Assembly (NCBI RefSeq): GCF_001194135.2 | Contig: NC_068989.1 | Location: 11,937,484-12,001,483, forward strand | DNA length: 64,000 bases | Origin: Octopus bimaculoides | Lineage: Eukaryota | Reading direction: 5' to 3' | Part shown: positions 63,355 through 64,000 of the stretch, in pieces | Numbering within the stretch: the stretch's first letter is position 1 | Layout of the letters: each line of letters begins with the position of its first letter | The notes under the pieces: generated by a model | The model's database searches: none | Told to the model about the DNA's origin: nothing | The model's input: the letters and a program-made list of their open reading frames with translations, nothing else | Program-made: the position numbers and the translations under genes

Positions 63355-63915
63355 TGAAATTGTATGGGCAACCACCGCGCTGTCATCAGTAAACAATATC
63401 TCTCTCACTAAGTCCTTCGTAGTGGGCGTCTTTGCTTTATATTGTGCAGCATTGAAACAGATCAGATTCACGCCGCATCTGGATGTAAATCCCTTCAACT
63501 CCCACGAAGGCAACTTCCAACTCTGCTGTGAGATAGAGATAGAGTAGCACTGGAGAAAGTATGCAACCTTGTTTAACTCCATTTGTCACCGGACACTCGC
63601 TTGAGATATTGCTATCATGTACTCAAAATGCCTGAATTTCTTCGTGCAAGGACCTAAGTTGATAAACCTTCGAGGACATCCATGTTTCTGAAAAACCATC
63701 TAAAACCTATCATGGGATACTGTATCGAAAGCCTTTGTGAGGTTTATGAACACTACATATGTGTTCTGCTCAATTCATTTTACCTGCATTTGGCGAAGAC
63801 AGAAGATTATGGCCACAGTGTTTCAGTATATAAACTTTCTATATATAAGAAAACGATTCCAGTGTAGACTACACAGCACATGTTAGATGTTTACTTGTTA
63901 AATAACTAATCCGAC
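63355..63915 (-). pseudogene. RTE-clade LINE reverse transcriptase fragment
   Basis: Minus: IIFCLRQMQVK*IEQN..VVFINLTKAFDTVSH...HGCPRRFINL/RSLHE...PVTNGVKQGCILSP...FNAAQYKAKT...VREILFTDDSAVVAH, matching RTE RT motifs (KAFD, QG, FADD). Confidence 0.92.
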
Positions 63916-63919
63916 ATAA

Positions 63920-63921
<2 letters not shown>

Positions 63922-64000
<79 letters not shown>
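63922..64000. repeat. (TATC)n microsatellite to window end
   Basis: Visible. Confidence 0.97.

Overview
AT-rich, microsatellite-dense eukaryotic genomic DNA with 16 N-gaps (about 8.4 kb, mostly flanked by simple repeats). The SINE families and overall texture suggest a cephalopod, most likely Octopus; this is an inference and was not database-checked. No host protein-coding gene can be supported. Almost all supplied ORFs are artefacts of N-runs or simple repeats. Interpretable content is mobile DNA: four tRNA-headed SINE families (my labels A-D, about 25 copies), three mariner remnants (one with an intact D,D34D triad), CR1-like and RTE LINE RT fragments, a 5'-truncated R4/Dong-type element inside an (AAT)n array, hAT remnants, a Helentron/HINE-like end and three foldback MITE-like elements. 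Best leads: (1) a short dispersed element carrying a minimal type-I hammerhead ribozyme fold (5968-6004, minus strand; three copies in the window, each abutting TA-rich repeats); (2) one target site hit successively by two different SINEs; (3) a 55-bp SINE-internal fragment between 18-bp direct repeats with a candidate inverted donor 1.4 kb away; (4) the R4/Dong insertion into a SINE-associated (AAT)n tract.
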